Source of the DNA: an uncultured Gammaproteobacteria bacterium
GTDB lineage: Bacteria; Pseudomonadota; Gammaproteobacteria; Magnimaribacterales; TMED112
Direction: 5' to 3'
Assembly: GCA_913020145.1 (NCBI GenBank)
Contig: CAJWAI010000004.1
Coordinates: 1-61,029, forward strand
DNA length: 61,029 nucleotides
This document shows positions 9,628 through 24,123 of this stretch, in pieces. Position numbers and translations under genes: made by a program. Every line of letters starts with the position of its first letter. The first letter of the stretch is position 1. The notes beneath the pieces were generated by a model. It was not told the origin of the DNA. It made no database searches and saw only the letters and a list, made by a program, of their open reading frames with translations.

Positions 9628-10036
9628 AAAAAATAGATTAAACAAAATTTTTATTATTGTTTCACTTTTAATATCGCTAACACTGATTCTCTATTCAATT
9701 CTCAGAGCTTTAGAAACAAATATTGATCTTTATTTAACGCCAACTCAAGTAGAGTCAGGAGAATATAATATAGATAAGAGTTTTAAGCTAGGAGGAATGG
9801 TAAAGAAAGAAAGCTTGAAGCAGTCTGAATCATTAGAAATTAAATTTACAGTTACAGATTTTAATAAAGAGATTGAGGTAGTTTATATAGGCATCTTACC
9901 TAATCTATTCAAAGAAAATAGTGGCGTTGTTGCCTCTGGGTATTTAGATAAAGAAAAGAAAGTCTTTATTGCTGATGAAATTCTAGCCAAGCATGATGAA
10001 ACTTATATGCCAATAAAAATAGAGGTGCAAGATTAA
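9620..10036 (+). CDS. ccmE: Heme chaperone CcmE
   Basis: LGGMV, GILPNLFKE, ILAKHDETYMP heme-binding HxxxY. Confidence 0.96.
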   Translation: MIRKNRLNKIFIIVSLLISLTLILYSILRALETNIDLYLTPTQVESGEYNIDKSFKLGGMVKKESLKQSESLEIKFTVTDFNKEIEVVYIGILPNLFKENSGVVASGYLDKEKKVFIADEILAKHDETYMPIKIEVQD

Positions 10037-10091
10037 TACCACTGCAGATTTATTTGGGAGTTCAATTCTTTGGTTTTCAGCATTTTTATGC

Positions 10092-11861
10092 ATGCTAATC
10101 TTCGCATTCTCTTTGAAAGTAAAATCACATGATTTAACAAAAAATTTAATTTACGCTAATTTTTGGACTCTACTTATTGGTTCTTTATATCTTTCTTACC
10201 AATTTTTAAGTAATAACTTCTCGTTTGTATATGTTTGGCAAAATTCCAATGTCTTGCTACCTATTTTTTACAAAATATCAGCTTTTTGGGCAGCACATGA
10301 GGGTTCTTTTTTTCTAATGGTATTATTGCTTTCGCTTTGTGCAGCTTTAAATAATATTTTTATGAAAGAGAGTAGATATCTGTCACTCTCAAATTCTGTT
10401 TTAGCTTTTATACTTTTTTTCTATTTAATTTTTCTAGTCTTAACGTCTAATCCATTCATGATTTTTGATGTTGCCTTTACAAATGGATCTGATCTAAATC
10501 CATTGTTACAAGATCCATTATTAGTAATACATCCTCCTATGCTTTTCACTGGCTATGTTTTTTATGCAATTACATTTAGTTTTGTTATTGCAGGCATATT
10601 CACTAATTTTGATAAAGAGCTATTTAAAATAATAAAGCTTTGGGCTGGTATAGCATGGTTTACTTTGTCTCTAGGCATTCTACTAGGATCAATGTGGGCT
10701 TACTACGAATTAGGTTGGGGTGGGTATTGGTTTTGGGATCCAGTTGAAAATGTTGCTTTAATGCCTTGGTTGGCAGGCACAGCATTTACACACTCTTTAA
10801 CCTTCAGTAGAAATAAAGTACTTCTATCCTGGATGGTATTTTTAGGCATATTAACATTTTTACTCTCTATTCTAGGTTCATTTATAGTTAGATCAGGTAT
10901 TTTAAATAGTGTTCATTCCTTTGCAACCGATCCTTCACGTGGTGTCTTTTTGCTTAGCTTATTTGCACTTTTCTCATTAGTTTCATTGGGATTATTTTTT
11001 TGGAGAAGTAACTTTTTGCATAGCAAGTGGCCAAGATTTATGTCTAGAAATTATTTGCTCGTTCTCAATAACATAATCTTAATGACCATATTGCTTGTAG
11101 TTTTTTTAGGAACTTTATACCCCATCTACTATGAAGTTATCTACAATGAGAAGTTCAGTGTTGGTCCAAACTATTTTTCTGAATTGATTACCCCTGCTGT
11201 ATTCGCATTAATTATCCTATTCACTGCAGAGCAATTTCCAAAGATATTATCTATGGATAAATTAAAATTATTTATTATTTTAGTTGTCGTAACTATTGCT
11301 ATTCTTATACTCAATTCTTTTGACATGGGCTTATTTCTATCCGGAATATTTTTAGCCATCCTAATTTTCAAAGCTATTTTCGATTTTTTAAGTAAAAAGA
11401 AGTCATTGAAAATTCATAAGGTATTAGGCCATCTAGCTGTTGCCTCACTTACTTTTTCAGTCCTCTTAAATCATGAATTTTCTAAAAATATTGATTTCAA
11501 AATTAAACCCAATGATGAAGTTGAATTTATGGGCACAAATTTAATTTTTAAGTCCGCAGATGTTATTCAGGGTCAAAACTTTAATAGTGTTGTAGCAAAT
11601 TTTGAAGTCGAAGATAAAGGTAAATATTTTAATATCGTTGCTGAAAAGCGCAGATATAAAGTTGGAGGCGTAATAACTTCAGAAACAGGAATTGCTCCAT
11701 ATATAACAAAAGACTATCTAGTAGTTTTGGGAGACTTAAAACCAGATGGATCATGGGTAATAAGGTACTCCATTAAGTATGGAATTATGATGATTTGGGT
11801 GTCATCATGTTTACTGCTTTTATCAATTCTTTACGGGACAATTAGAAGGCATGACTACTAG
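10092..11861 (+). CDS. ccmF: Heme lyase CcmF (true start possibly ATT at 10032)
   Basis: HEGS, LNPLLQ..IHPP, WAYYELGWGGYWFWDPVEN, RSG..SVHSFA. Confidence 0.96.
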   Translation: MLIFAFSLKVKSHDLTKNLIYANFWTLLIGSLYLSYQFLSNNFSFVYVWQNSNVLLPIFYKISAFWAAHEGSFFLMVLLLSLCAALNNIFMKESRYLSLSNSVLAFILFFYLIFLVLTSNPFMIFDVAFTNGSDLNPLLQDPLLVIHPPMLFTGYVFYAITFSFVIAGIFTNFDKELFKIIKLWAGIAWFTLSLGILLGSMWAYYELGWGGYWFWDPVENVALMPWLAGTAFTHSLTFSRNKVLLSWMVFLGILTFLLSILGSFIVRSGILNSVHSFATDPSRGVFLLSLFALFSLVSLGLFFWRSNFLHSKWPRFMSRNYLLVLNNIILMTILLVVFLGTLYPIYYEVIYNEKFSVGPNYFSELITPAVFALIILFTAEQFPKILSMDKLKLFIILVVVTIAILILNSFDMGLFLSGIFLAILIFKAIFDFLSKKKSLKIHKVLGHLAVASLTFSVLLNHEFSKNIDFKIKPNDEVEFMGTNLIFKSADVIQGQNFNSVVANFEVEDKGKYFNIVAEKRRYKVGGVITSETGIAPYITKDYLVVLGDLKPDGSWVIRYSIKYGIMMIWVSSCLLLLSILYGTIRRHDY

Positions 11862-12363
11862 AGCATTTTTAATAATTTTTTTACTTTTACTACTAAGTCT
11901 ATTTAGTTTTTTTGCTATCTCCCTTCAAAATGATTATGTGCAGCCAGTCAAAAATCAAGAAGGCAAGCCTCTTATTTTAGATAGACAGCTTTATACAATC
12001 GACGGAAAAAAGATAAGTGAAGATTCCCTATTAACAGGGAAAGTAATTTTAAATGTTTATGCAAGTTATTGTCTTCCATGTGAGGTTGAACACCCATTTC
12101 TAATTGAAATTGCAGACTCAAAGGATGTAAAAATGGTAGGGGTAAGTCATAAAGATCAGGTTTCTGCCACTAAAGTATATCTTGAAGAATTAGGCGATCC
12201 ATATGATTTTTCCATTCTTGATTTAGATGGTGACTTTTCTTTAAAGTTGGGAGTAATAGGTCCCCCAGAAACATTTTTAATTATTGATGGAGAGATTGTT
12301 GCTCATAGGATTGGTGTAATTGATATAAATATTTGGAATGAAAAATTTGAGAAATATTTTTAG
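11851..12363 (+). CDS. ccmG: Thiol:disulfide interchange protein CcmG/DsbE
   Basis: N-terminal TM, NVYASYCLPCEVEHP (CxxC), GPPETF. Confidence 0.93.
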   Translation: MTTRAFLIIFLLLLLSLFSFFAISLQNDYVQPVKNQEGKPLILDRQLYTIDGKKISEDSLLTGKVILNVYASYCLPCEVEHPFLIEIADSKDVKMVGVSHKDQVSATKVYLEELGDPYDFSILDLDGDFSLKLGVIGPPETFLIIDGEIVAHRIGVIDINIWNEKFEKYF

Positions 12364-12724
12364 ATCTTTATTATTCTTTTGCTTTTTTATACAGGCAGAT
12401 GCTCTTTATGAAGATTTAGATAAAGAAGAGTTAGAACGGCTTGAATATCTCGCAGATAATATTAGATGTCCTATGTGCTCATATGGGAATTTGTCCAGCT
12501 CTAATGCTCCAATATCTAGTGACCTAAAGCAAGAAATTGCTTCTTTAATTAATGAAGGTTATTCAGACCAAGAAATTTTTGATTTCATGCAAGATAGATA
12601 TGGAGATTACATATTGCTCGACACAAATATTGAAGATAATAGGTCAATTTTTCTTATCCCTTTAGTGGTTTTATTTATATCCATATTGCTTGTAACCACC
12701 TATACTATTAGAAAATCTAAATGA
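12338..12724 (+). CDS. ccmH: Cytochrome c biogenesis protein CcmH (short CcmL-type)
   Basis: IRCPMC, SNAPIS, RYGDYI, C-terminal TM. Confidence 0.92.
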   Translation: MKNLRNIFRSLLFFCFFIQADALYEDLDKEELERLEYLADNIRCPMCSYGNLSSSNAPISSDLKQEIASLINEGYSDQEIFDFMQDRYGDYILLDTNIEDNRSIFLIPLVVLFISILLVTTYTIRKSK

Positions 12725-14927
12725 GACTTAAAAGCTTAAAAATAGCAGGGTTCAAAAGTTTTGTTGACCCAATCCAGATTGATTTTCCAGGAATCATGTG
12801 TGGCATTGTTGGCCCTAATGGATGCGGAAAATCCAACATCATTGATGCCATAAAATGGGTGAAAGGAGAGCTCTCACCTAAAAGCCTTAGAAGCGAAAGT
12901 CTTCAAGATGTAATTTTTAATGGTTCTGACACTAGAAAGCCTGTTAGCCATTGTTCAGTTGAGCTATTTTTTGATAATTCTGAAAATTTCTTAGGTGGGG
13001 AATATCTTGAATTTGATGAAGTAAGTGTAAAAAGAGAGATGGGTCGTGATGGACAATCAAACTACTTTATTAATAATGCTTCTGCTAGAAGAAGGGACGT
13101 TCAGGATCTTTTTCTTGGCACTGGTTTAGGAGGAAATAGTTACGCAATTATTGAGCAGGGCATTATATCTAGTTTAGTAGGAGCCAAACCAGAAGAGCTT
13201 AGAAGCTATGTTGAAGAAGCAGCAGGAATCTCAAAGTACAAAGAAAGAAAGAGAGAAACAGAATCAAGAATAAGAAGAACATCCGAGAATATTTCAAGAC
13301 TTAAGGATTTAGAAGATGAAGTCAAAAGATCAATTAGAAGATTAAATGCTGAAGCAAATTTAACATCAAAATATAAAAAATTAAGAGACAAGGAAAAGCA
13401 ATACCAAAAATTTATACTTTCTGATGATATGAGTGAGCTAATGAAGCTGATGAATCAGTCAGAAAAAGAAAATAAATCAATTGATAAAGATCTCGAGAAA
13501 ATAGATGGCGATAGATTGGCTCTAGTTGCTAAAAGAGATGTCAATAAGACTCAGCTAATGGAAAGTCTTAAAGATCTTGAAGAAGAACAAAGAGGATTCT
13601 TTGAATCAGGAGCAAAAATATCTTTAATAGAAGAAAAAGAAAGAACTGTTGCAAGCCGTATAGAGGAATTATCAAAAGAAGAACAAAAGAATCTGGTTAA
13701 TCTTGGAGATTTATCAAAAGAATTAGACTCAGCGAAGTCTGATTTAAGCAGAATTGATGAGAAAGTCATGGAAGGCATCGTCAATGACTCTAAAAACATC
13801 TTAGAAAGCATGGAATCTAATATAAGTAAGAAAGATTCAAGTTTAATTGAAAAGTCATTAAAAGAATTCTGGAAGAAAGGCTATCAATATGGTGTAGGCG
13901 AAAGTGGAGAAGCAGTAGAGACAATAAATGCTTTGCGTGGGCAGTTTGCATCACGAAATGATCAAATTACTAAAGACATAGAATCCATGAAGAAAAATCT
14001 TGCCAAAGAAAAAGGTGAACTTTCAGGTTTAGTTGAAACAAGAAAGAGTCAAGAGTTAAAAGTCATCGAACTAAGATCAAATCAAGATAAAGCAAATGAA
14101 GAAATGAGAACTATAGAAGCAGAAATTACAAAATTAGAGTCTGAAAAAGAAAGAATAGTACAACAAAGAAATGAAAAAGAAGTTAGCAAAAGAACAATCG
14201 AAATAGATATCAAAGAAAAACAAGAAAGATTAGATGCTTATTCAGAAGTTAAAGATTTAGAAGGCGAAAGAGAATCAATTGTTCAAGATTTAGAAAAATT
14301 ACAAAAAAGAATAATGAACCTTGGACCAATTAATTTTGCAGCTCCAGAAACACTAGAAGCAGAAAAAGAACGTAAAGAAACTTTATCTGGCCAAATAGAA
14401 GAATTAGAGACATCCTTAAATAAATTAGATGAAGCAATTAGAAAAATCGATATGGAGTCAAATAAGTCTTTTCATAATTGTTTAAATTCAGTAAATAAAT
14501 ACCTAGAAGAAATGTTTCCTAAACTTTTCGGCGGCGGTTTTTGTAAATTAGATTTATTAGATAAATCTGAAGACTCAGGCTTGATATTAATGGCTAGATT
14601 GCCAGGAAAGAAAAATACAAAACTATCTCAACTGTCAGGTGGTGAAAAAGCATTAACAGCATTAGCTCTTGTCTTTTCTCTATTTTCTATCAATCCTGCA
14701 CCATTTTGTTTATTAGATGAGGTGGATGCACCTCTTGATGATGACAACACTGCAAGATTTATAAGTCTTGTTAATGAAATGTCAGAGAAAGTTCAGTTTA
14801 TCTTTGTAACTCATAATAAGATTTCAATGGAGAAAAGTTCTCATTTACTTGGAGTTACTATGCGAGATCTCGGAGTATCAAAAGTTGTATCTGTCGATGT
14901 GGAACAGGCTATGGAGTTAGCGCAATC

Positions 14928-14931
<4 letters not shown>
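12721..14931 (+). CDS. smc: Chromosome segregation SMC protein, unusually short (736 aa)
   Basis: GFKSF, Walker A GPNGCGKSN, Q-loop IIEQG, EEAAGISKY, LGPINFAA, LSGGEK, LLDEVDAPLDD, VTH; smc-zipA-ligA synteny. Confidence 0.9.
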
Positions 14932-18127
<3,196 letters not shown>

Positions 18128-18131
<4 letters not shown>

Positions 18132-21007
18132 ATTTTTTTGATCAAGAAATCTTCTTGTTGAGCAGTTTTCTCTAAATTTGGATTAATAATAGAAAAAATG
18201 CTTCTTGGCTTATTTTTAAGATGTTCTGCAGTCTCAACTATGTCATCTTTGGTTACATTGAATATATTATTTCTATAAGTCTGTCTATTCTTTTGTGACC
18301 GGTTCTCTGAATTTAAACGGTAATCTTTGAAAGCTTCGCCGGCTGGAGAAGCAGGTTTATCTATATCAGATAGTACAGACAATTTACTTTCAAGAATCAT
18401 GTCATCATCAAAACTGCCAAGAGAAGCCCATGTTAATGAACTATCAAAATCTTCTAATGTTTCGATAAATCTAGGATCTCTATAAGAGAACATTTTAAAT
18501 GTTCCTGAGAATGGATCATATGTTGCTCCACCACCGTATGCTCCACCTTGCTCTCTAACTCTTTTATGCAAGTACTCATTTCTTAAAAGACTAGAAAGAA
18601 GGACAAATTTTGGAGAGTCTTTAGGATCATAAATCGGGGCATCAAATGACATTGCAGAAAAATTTACTTGTGTATTTATAGGCAAAGCAACTTTATTAAA
18701 AGTTTTACTAAACTCTACATTAATTGAAGAACTGCCATCTTTTTCAAAATCCAAAGCTCTAATTCCATCTATTTGTTCATTTGTTAATTTAATATTAGAA
18801 ATAAAAAGTAGTTCATTTTTATCTGATTTAGTTTTTTGAAGCATTTTTTGCATTTTTTGCATTTGATCTTTTATCTGATCATCTTGATTTGAGATAAAAG
18901 GAACAAACCTATTTATTGCACTTAGGCCTCCAATAGCTTCTTGCACAAACGATAATTCATTATGTGCAGATGATGCTCCTAACATTGCAAATCTATGGCC
19001 ATTTTCAACAATAGATTGTTGGAAGCCCATGAAGTTTTGAAACATTAACTCTTTAATCCTTTTTTCATCATCAAGTTTTGTCTCATTAAGAATTTCAAAG
19101 ATTAATTCAGTTGCTTCAACTGTATTCTCCGGCAAAAATTTTGAAGATAGAGAGATTTTTCCTTTTATCTGATCATCTTCATCATAGTAAAAATGGTTTG
19201 AGGTATTTATGCCTCCAGTAATTCGAGAAATTTCTTCTTGTAGTTGGAAATAATCTCTTTTTTGGACCCCAACTTTACCAAATAATGCAGTAAGAGCCAT
19301 AAGATGCCCTAGTTCCTCGCCAGAAGATATATTTAAATCTTTTGTAACTGCATTGTAGGTTAAGCCATTTGTATGCTGCTCATAAAATGTTGGACTATAT
19401 CCAAAAGTTTTAAGTTTTTTGGTTCTAGGATAGCTTGTACTTTGTGGGACATCACTCAGTTCCAACTTTGGTAATACATTTTTATCTGGAATAGCATTCT
19501 GTCTGTCTGCAAGCTTCTTAGAGTCGTTAATAAGATCCAATTTTTCTTTGCTACTCATAGAAGATTTTATGCTATCGAGTATTTTCTTTAATTCGGCTTC
19601 TTTTTTATTAATGAGATCTAAATCCGGAACCATCTCAAGGTTGACCCTATGATTATTAGAAACAAATAAGCCATCAATTAACTTATTTAGATAGCCCTTA
19701 TCCTTTACTCTCTCTTTCAATCTAGTCAAAGCTTCATCTACACTTGCTAAGACCAGAGGATCAGATTTATATAGAGATCCTGGCGCCATTGAAAGAAGAA
19801 TTTGAAGTCCATAAGGAAGAGATCCAGATGAAATTTCTCTTTTTCCCATTTCAAGCTGGTACAAAGCAGCATCTATCTGTGCCTCAGAAAAACCGTCTTT
19901 AACAATATCTTTGAAAGTTTTATCTACTAATTCATTAAATTTTAGCTGTGATTTAGGTTCTGTGCCCTCAATTCCGCATATAAAAACTAAATGTCTCATA
20001 CTGTCTTCAAGACCCAATATTTGTGCTGGCGATTTTCCTAGATCATTTGACTCTAATACCTTATATAAAGGAGAAGCTGAATTACTTAAAAGCAGCAAAG
20101 AGATTAAATGTGCATCTAGTAGTTGGTCAATATTAAAACTTTCACCCAATGTCCATGCACAATAATTTTGATAACCTGTTTGTTCTTTTGATACAGGATT
20201 AAAAAACTCGTTTACGTTTACTGGTTCTGAAAAGCTTTTTTGCTTAGAAACAATCTCTATCTTGTTTTCTTCAATCTTCTTAAATTTTTTAGTTAATTTT
20301 TTATCAATAAATTTTTGTATTTCTTTAGCATCTAGGTCTCCCCAAGTGAAATATGTAGCATTTGATGGGTGATAGAACTTTTTATGAAAATCTTTTAAAT
20401 ACTCATGTGTTAAATTAGTGATGTCTTCGGGTTCGCCGCCACTATTATTCTTATAAGTTATATCTGGAAATAAGCCTTTTGTTAATGCTTGCCATGTTGT
20501 ATTAGAAATGTTGCTCATCGATCCTTTCATTTCATTAAATACCACACCTTTGTATTCAAGATCACTACTACTTTTATCAAATTTAGCGAACTCTAATCTA
20601 TGTCCTTCTTGTTTAAAATCTTCTTCTTCAAGCAAAGGGAAGTATGCAGCATCTAAATAAACATCTAGTAGATTAAAAAAATCTTTTTTGCTTTGGGTTG
20701 CAAATGGGTATGCTGTCCAGTCACTTGAAGTGAATGCATTCATGAATGTACTCATTGATCTTCTTAGCATCATAAAAAATGGATCTCTAACTTTAAAATT
20801 TTCTGAACCGCATAGGGTAGTATGTTCGAGTATATGGGCTACACCTGAAGAATCTTCTGGAATCGTTCTAAACATCACCATAAAAACCAATTCTTTGGAA
20901 TCATTTTTAAGATGAATATGCTCAGAATTATATTCACCAAGCATATATCTTTGCGCTTCAAAGCCTAAGGAAGTATTTTGTTTTTTTTCAATAATTTTGT
21001 CATTCAT
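18128..21007 (-). CDS. M16C metallopeptidase (presequence protease/insulinase family)
   Basis: GVAHILEHTTLCGS (HxxEH), DPFF, FMNAFT, KGVVFNEMKG, VREQGGAYG, SYRDP. Confidence 0.95.
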
Positions 21008-21059
21008 ATGCTTGAGTTTTAGGGAACTAATATTATATATTTTAAGTCAGAAAGAAAGT

Positions 21060-21587
21060 ATGTTTAGAAAAATTTTAGCTTTATTAACTTTAACTGCAGT
21101 GATTGGTTGTAGTTCTAATCCTGTAAGCGTAGAAAAGCTGAGCACCTTCAATTTATCTGATTACAGCACCTTTGATGTAAAAGTCGTAGGCATGGAAGAT
21201 ACTAAAGTAAGCCCATTTACTAGGTCTGGATTAAAAAGAGAATTTATTGAACAGCTATCAGGTCTTGGGCTATCTATGAATGACAAGTCACCTGATTTTA
21301 TTGTGAAAATATCTATTGATGTCAGTGATGGGTATAAAGGTTCAAGAAGTAGTTTTAGAAGAACTAGATCTTACTATAGAGGGGGCTATGCTTATGACCC
21401 TTTCTTTGAAGATTATTACCATCAAGAACAATCCTATTTAAGAGTTACCCTTTATTCGACTAGCAATGAAGAGCCTCTGTGGACAGGATTAAGACCAACT
21501 AAATATGTCGATAAAGATCTTAAGCTTTCTGAAGTAGAGATTGTCAAATATGTTGAAAGTCTCATTAATGAAATCGTAAATTCTTAA
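21060..21587 (+). CDS. Lipoprotein, DUF4136-like
   Basis: Start corrected to ATG 21060 (MFRKILALLTLTAVIGC lipobox); Tyr/Gly-rich loop followed by LRVTL..PLWTG. Confidence 0.7.
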   Translation: MFRKILALLTLTAVIGCSSNPVSVEKLSTFNLSDYSTFDVKVVGMEDTKVSPFTRSGLKREFIEQLSGLGLSMNDKSPDFIVKISIDVSDGYKGSRSSFRRTRSYYRGGYAYDPFFEDYYHQEQSYLRVTLYSTSNEEPLWTGLRPTKYVDKDLKLSEVEIVKYVESLINEIVNS

Positions 21588-22165
21588 GGTATAAGCCAGT
21601 AAGATTTAACCCCCCCTCTTTTATTCCATTCAAACTTACATCTTCGATGTCCAGATCTCTGTAAATAAAGAAATTCTAGCGAAGAAAAAGTAAAGACTAT
21701 GGTAGAGAAGTTTTTGTAACCATCTTCAAGGTTTACATCCTTGATGTGGAAGTCATAAGATTCAGGATTATCTGTTGAATGACTAGAACCATCTTTAACT
21801 GAATAACACTTTTTTGATATAGCTTGAGACTCTTCCCAAGCTTTTTTAGACTGTTTATTTTTATAGTTAACCTTTGATATTCCTACCATCCGAATTTGTG
21901 TTTTACTTCCTGGATCGTAACCAATTAAGCTAGTAATGGGATTATCTTTTATTGCTTGTACTTTTTGTGATCGGTAATCTGAATGAAATCTTAAAAATCT
22001 TTTAGAAGCATTGAAGTCTCTAAGCACCATGACTCTGGAATAAATCTCTTTATTATGCAATGTACTCATTGTTAAGGTATGAAACATAGAGGATCTATTC
22101 TTTATTCCATCGCGAATAAGTTCAAAGGCTCTTTGCATAATTTTTGCTTTGTTATCGTAATTCAT
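21584..22165 (-). CDS. FMN-binding pyridoxamine 5'-phosphate oxidase-related protein
   Basis: SRVMVLR, FHSDYRSQK, QIR, LEFLYL..GHRR, WLIP terminus. Confidence 0.85.
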   Translation of the reverse strand: MNYDNKAKIMQRAFELIRDGIKNRSSMFHTLTMSTLHNKEIYSRVMVLRDFNASKRFLRFHSDYRSQKVQAIKDNPITSLIGYDPGSKTQIRMVGISKVNYKNKQSKKAWEESQAISKKCYSVKDGSSHSTDNPESYDFHIKDVNLEDGYKNFSTIVFTFSSLEFLYLQRSGHRRCKFEWNKRGGVKSYWLIP

Positions 22166-22255
22166 AAAATGAGTCTAATTCATGTTTCACCACTTCTAAA
22201 ATTTTTGTTTTAAAATACCGGGTAGATTTATAGTTTTTATGGCAAAATCTAATGA

Positions 22256-22912
22256 TTGATTATGAGTGAAAGTACGAGAATTCCACCAAGAAGGAAATCA
22301 AAAGGTGATGGACAGTTTATGTTCAGTGCTTTGATATTAGTTCTTGTTGTAGCATCTCTATTAGGAATGTACTTCTATATTGAGGATCAAAAAAATAAGA
22401 GCGGTGAAGCGGTTGAAATAATTGCAGGCAAAGTTCAGAACATAGAAAGTAAATTATCGATTACTAATGAAGACTCTGCACAGAATATGGATACTGTGAC
22501 AGACCAGATATCTTTTTTAGATAAAGAGGTAAGGAAATTATGGGCACATCGTAAGGGATATCTCGAAAATTTTAAGAATCAAGAGAACCAGCTTAATTCT
22601 AATGAAAAGAGCATTAAAAATTTAAGATCTCAGATAACAGGAGTGGATGATAAATTAGGGTCTTTAAATGAAAAGATACAATTAGCAGAAGATCTTCAGC
22701 TCAAAATAACACTCCTTACCAATGAGCTAAATAAGCAGAAAAAAATTTTAGAAGATAATGAAGAAACTTTAGGAGCTATAGATCAATATAGAATACAAAA
22801 TAATCAAAAAATCACCGAAGTACTTAATAGGTTAAATAATCTATCAAGAGAGCTAGAAGATATAGAGTCTGATTTAAATGCATTAAGTCCAACCGGAAGT
22901 AACAATGAATAA
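22256..22912 (+). CDS. Membrane-anchored coiled-coil protein of unknown function (start possibly 22262)
   Basis: One N-terminal TM followed by long heptad-rich region with LDKEVRKLW motif. Confidence 0.75.
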   Translation: MIMSESTRIPPRRKSKGDGQFMFSALILVLVVASLLGMYFYIEDQKNKSGEAVEIIAGKVQNIESKLSITNEDSAQNMDTVTDQISFLDKEVRKLWAHRKGYLENFKNQENQLNSNEKSIKNLRSQITGVDDKLGSLNEKIQLAEDLQLKITLLTNELNKQKKILEDNEETLGAIDQYRIQNNQKITEVLNRLNNLSRELEDIESDLNALSPTGSNNE

Positions 22913-23117
22913 TATGCTAAACGAAACTTTTTTTAAAATTTTTCTTATAGTTTGTTTAGTGCCCGGGATATTACTAATTGGCAAAGCATTTGTATTGCTT
23001 TCACCAATTATTTTCTGGGTTTTAAGTTATATGGCATATAAGAAAGAGAATCAGAACGAAGCAATAATGTGGATTATTTTTGCTATTTTGGGTTTAATCC
23101 TAGCCTTTGTCATATAG
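22905..23117 (+). CDS. Small hydrophobic membrane protein
   Basis: 70 aa, 2-3 hydrophobic helices, overlaps upstream stop. Confidence 0.65.
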   Translation: MNNMLNETFFKIFLIVCLVPGILLIGKAFVLLSPIIFWVLSYMAYKKENQNEAIMWIIFAILGLILAFVI

Positions 23118-23132
23118 AATATGCAATCTACC

Positions 23133-23217
23133 GGGGATGTGGTGGAACTGGCAGACACGCTGGATTTAGGTTCCAGTGCCGAAAGGCGTGGGGGTTCGAC
23201 TCCCTCCATCCCTACCA
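23133..23217 (+). tRNA. tRNA-Leu (anticodon TAG)
   Basis: Acceptor GGGGATG/CATCCCT, anticodon arm CTGGA-TTTAGGT-TCCAG, long variable arm GCC-GAAA-GGC, GGTTCGACTCC, encoded CCA. Confidence 0.97.
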
Positions 23218-23256
23218 ACTTAAAAAAAATAACTCAAGAAAAGTTAAAATAAAAAT

Positions 23257-23400
23257 ATGAAAGATGAAGACTTAATGAAATTGAGTGAGCATTTTTTTGA
23301 AAAGTGTCCTACAGAAGCAAGGAATTTTTTTCACCAAATACTTGCCAAACTGGATGAAATTGAAAAAAAGCTTGAGGATTTGGAATCAAGAGGAACTTGA
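23257..23400 (+). CDS. Small hypothetical protein (47 aa, not in ORF track)
   Basis: MKDEDLMKLSEHFFEKCPTEARNFFHQILAKLDEIEKKLEDLESRGT; fills the gap, C-terminal coiled coil. Confidence 0.6.
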   Translation: MKDEDLMKLSEHFFEKCPTEARNFFHQILAKLDEIEKKLEDLESRGT

Positions 23401-23450
23401 TTCCAGCAATCAATTTGACTGCATTTTAAATATTTAAGAGGATAAGACTT

Positions 23451-23816
23451 ATGGATAGGTTTTTGAACATACTTACATACGCAATAGGCTTTCTTTTTTT
23501 ATTTAATGGACTTATGTGGCTTATTAGCCCAGTAAATATTGCATCAAGTTTGGGTATGCCACTATTAACAGGCCATGGCCTGAGTACACAAATTGGCGAC
23601 TTAGCTAGCTTTTTTTTGGTCGTTGGTATTTTTTCTTTGATTGGCGCTTATACAAAAAAACCGTATTGGTTATATACACCAGCAGCTTTAGTTGGTTTTG
23701 CAGCTCTATCACGAATAATTGCATACTTTGCTCATGGTGCTGCTTTATCAACTGATAAGATATTGGTCGAAGTAGTTGTTATGAGTATTTTATTATTCAT
23801 TGCGAAGAAAAATTAG
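23451..23816 (+). CDS. 4-TM membrane protein, DUF4345-like
   Basis: GAGG SD; GLMWLISP...LGM, STQIGDLASFF, SRIIA...HGA, VEVV pattern. Confidence 0.7.
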   Translation: MDRFLNILTYAIGFLFLFNGLMWLISPVNIASSLGMPLLTGHGLSTQIGDLASFFLVVGIFSLIGAYTKKPYWLYTPAALVGFAALSRIIAYFAHGAALSTDKILVEVVVMSILLFIAKKN

Positions 23817-23823
23817 CTTAGAG

Positions 23824-24084
23824 TCATTTGGGCTTGATCTTATTATTATCATAGGATTGATGCCGACCAACTTTAAAGTTTCTTAAGGATGCATGCTTTG
23901 TTTTTCTGCCTCGCACTCTTTTCTTCCATACTAAAAATGACCCTGAATTCAATTCTTTTTCCATAATTTTTCTAACTTGCGATTGATTTAAATCAAATTC
24001 TTTTTTAATGGCTTCAAAGGGTGTTCTGTCCTCCCATGCCATTTCTATTATTCTTGATAGATCTTCTTTACTAAACTTAATCAT
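23824..24084 (-). CDS. TIGR03643/DUF2805 family protein
   Basis: RIIEMAWEDRTPFEAI...SF.VWKKRVRGRKTKH signature. Confidence 0.9.
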   Translation of the reverse strand: MIKFSKEDLSRIIEMAWEDRTPFEAIKKEFDLNQSQVRKIMEKELNSGSFLVWKKRVRGRKTKHASLRNFKVGRHQSYDNNKIKPK

Positions 24085-24123
24085 ATAATTGAAAAAAACT
24101 ATTATCCTTATATATATAACTAT

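Noticed and set aside
20997-21059. TTG start extension of the lipoprotein ORF
   Set aside because: Overlaps the divergent M16 start; the signal peptide and lipobox begin at ATG 21060
23069-23260. 63-aa ORF from the track
   Set aside because: Runs through tRNA-Leu; shadow ORF
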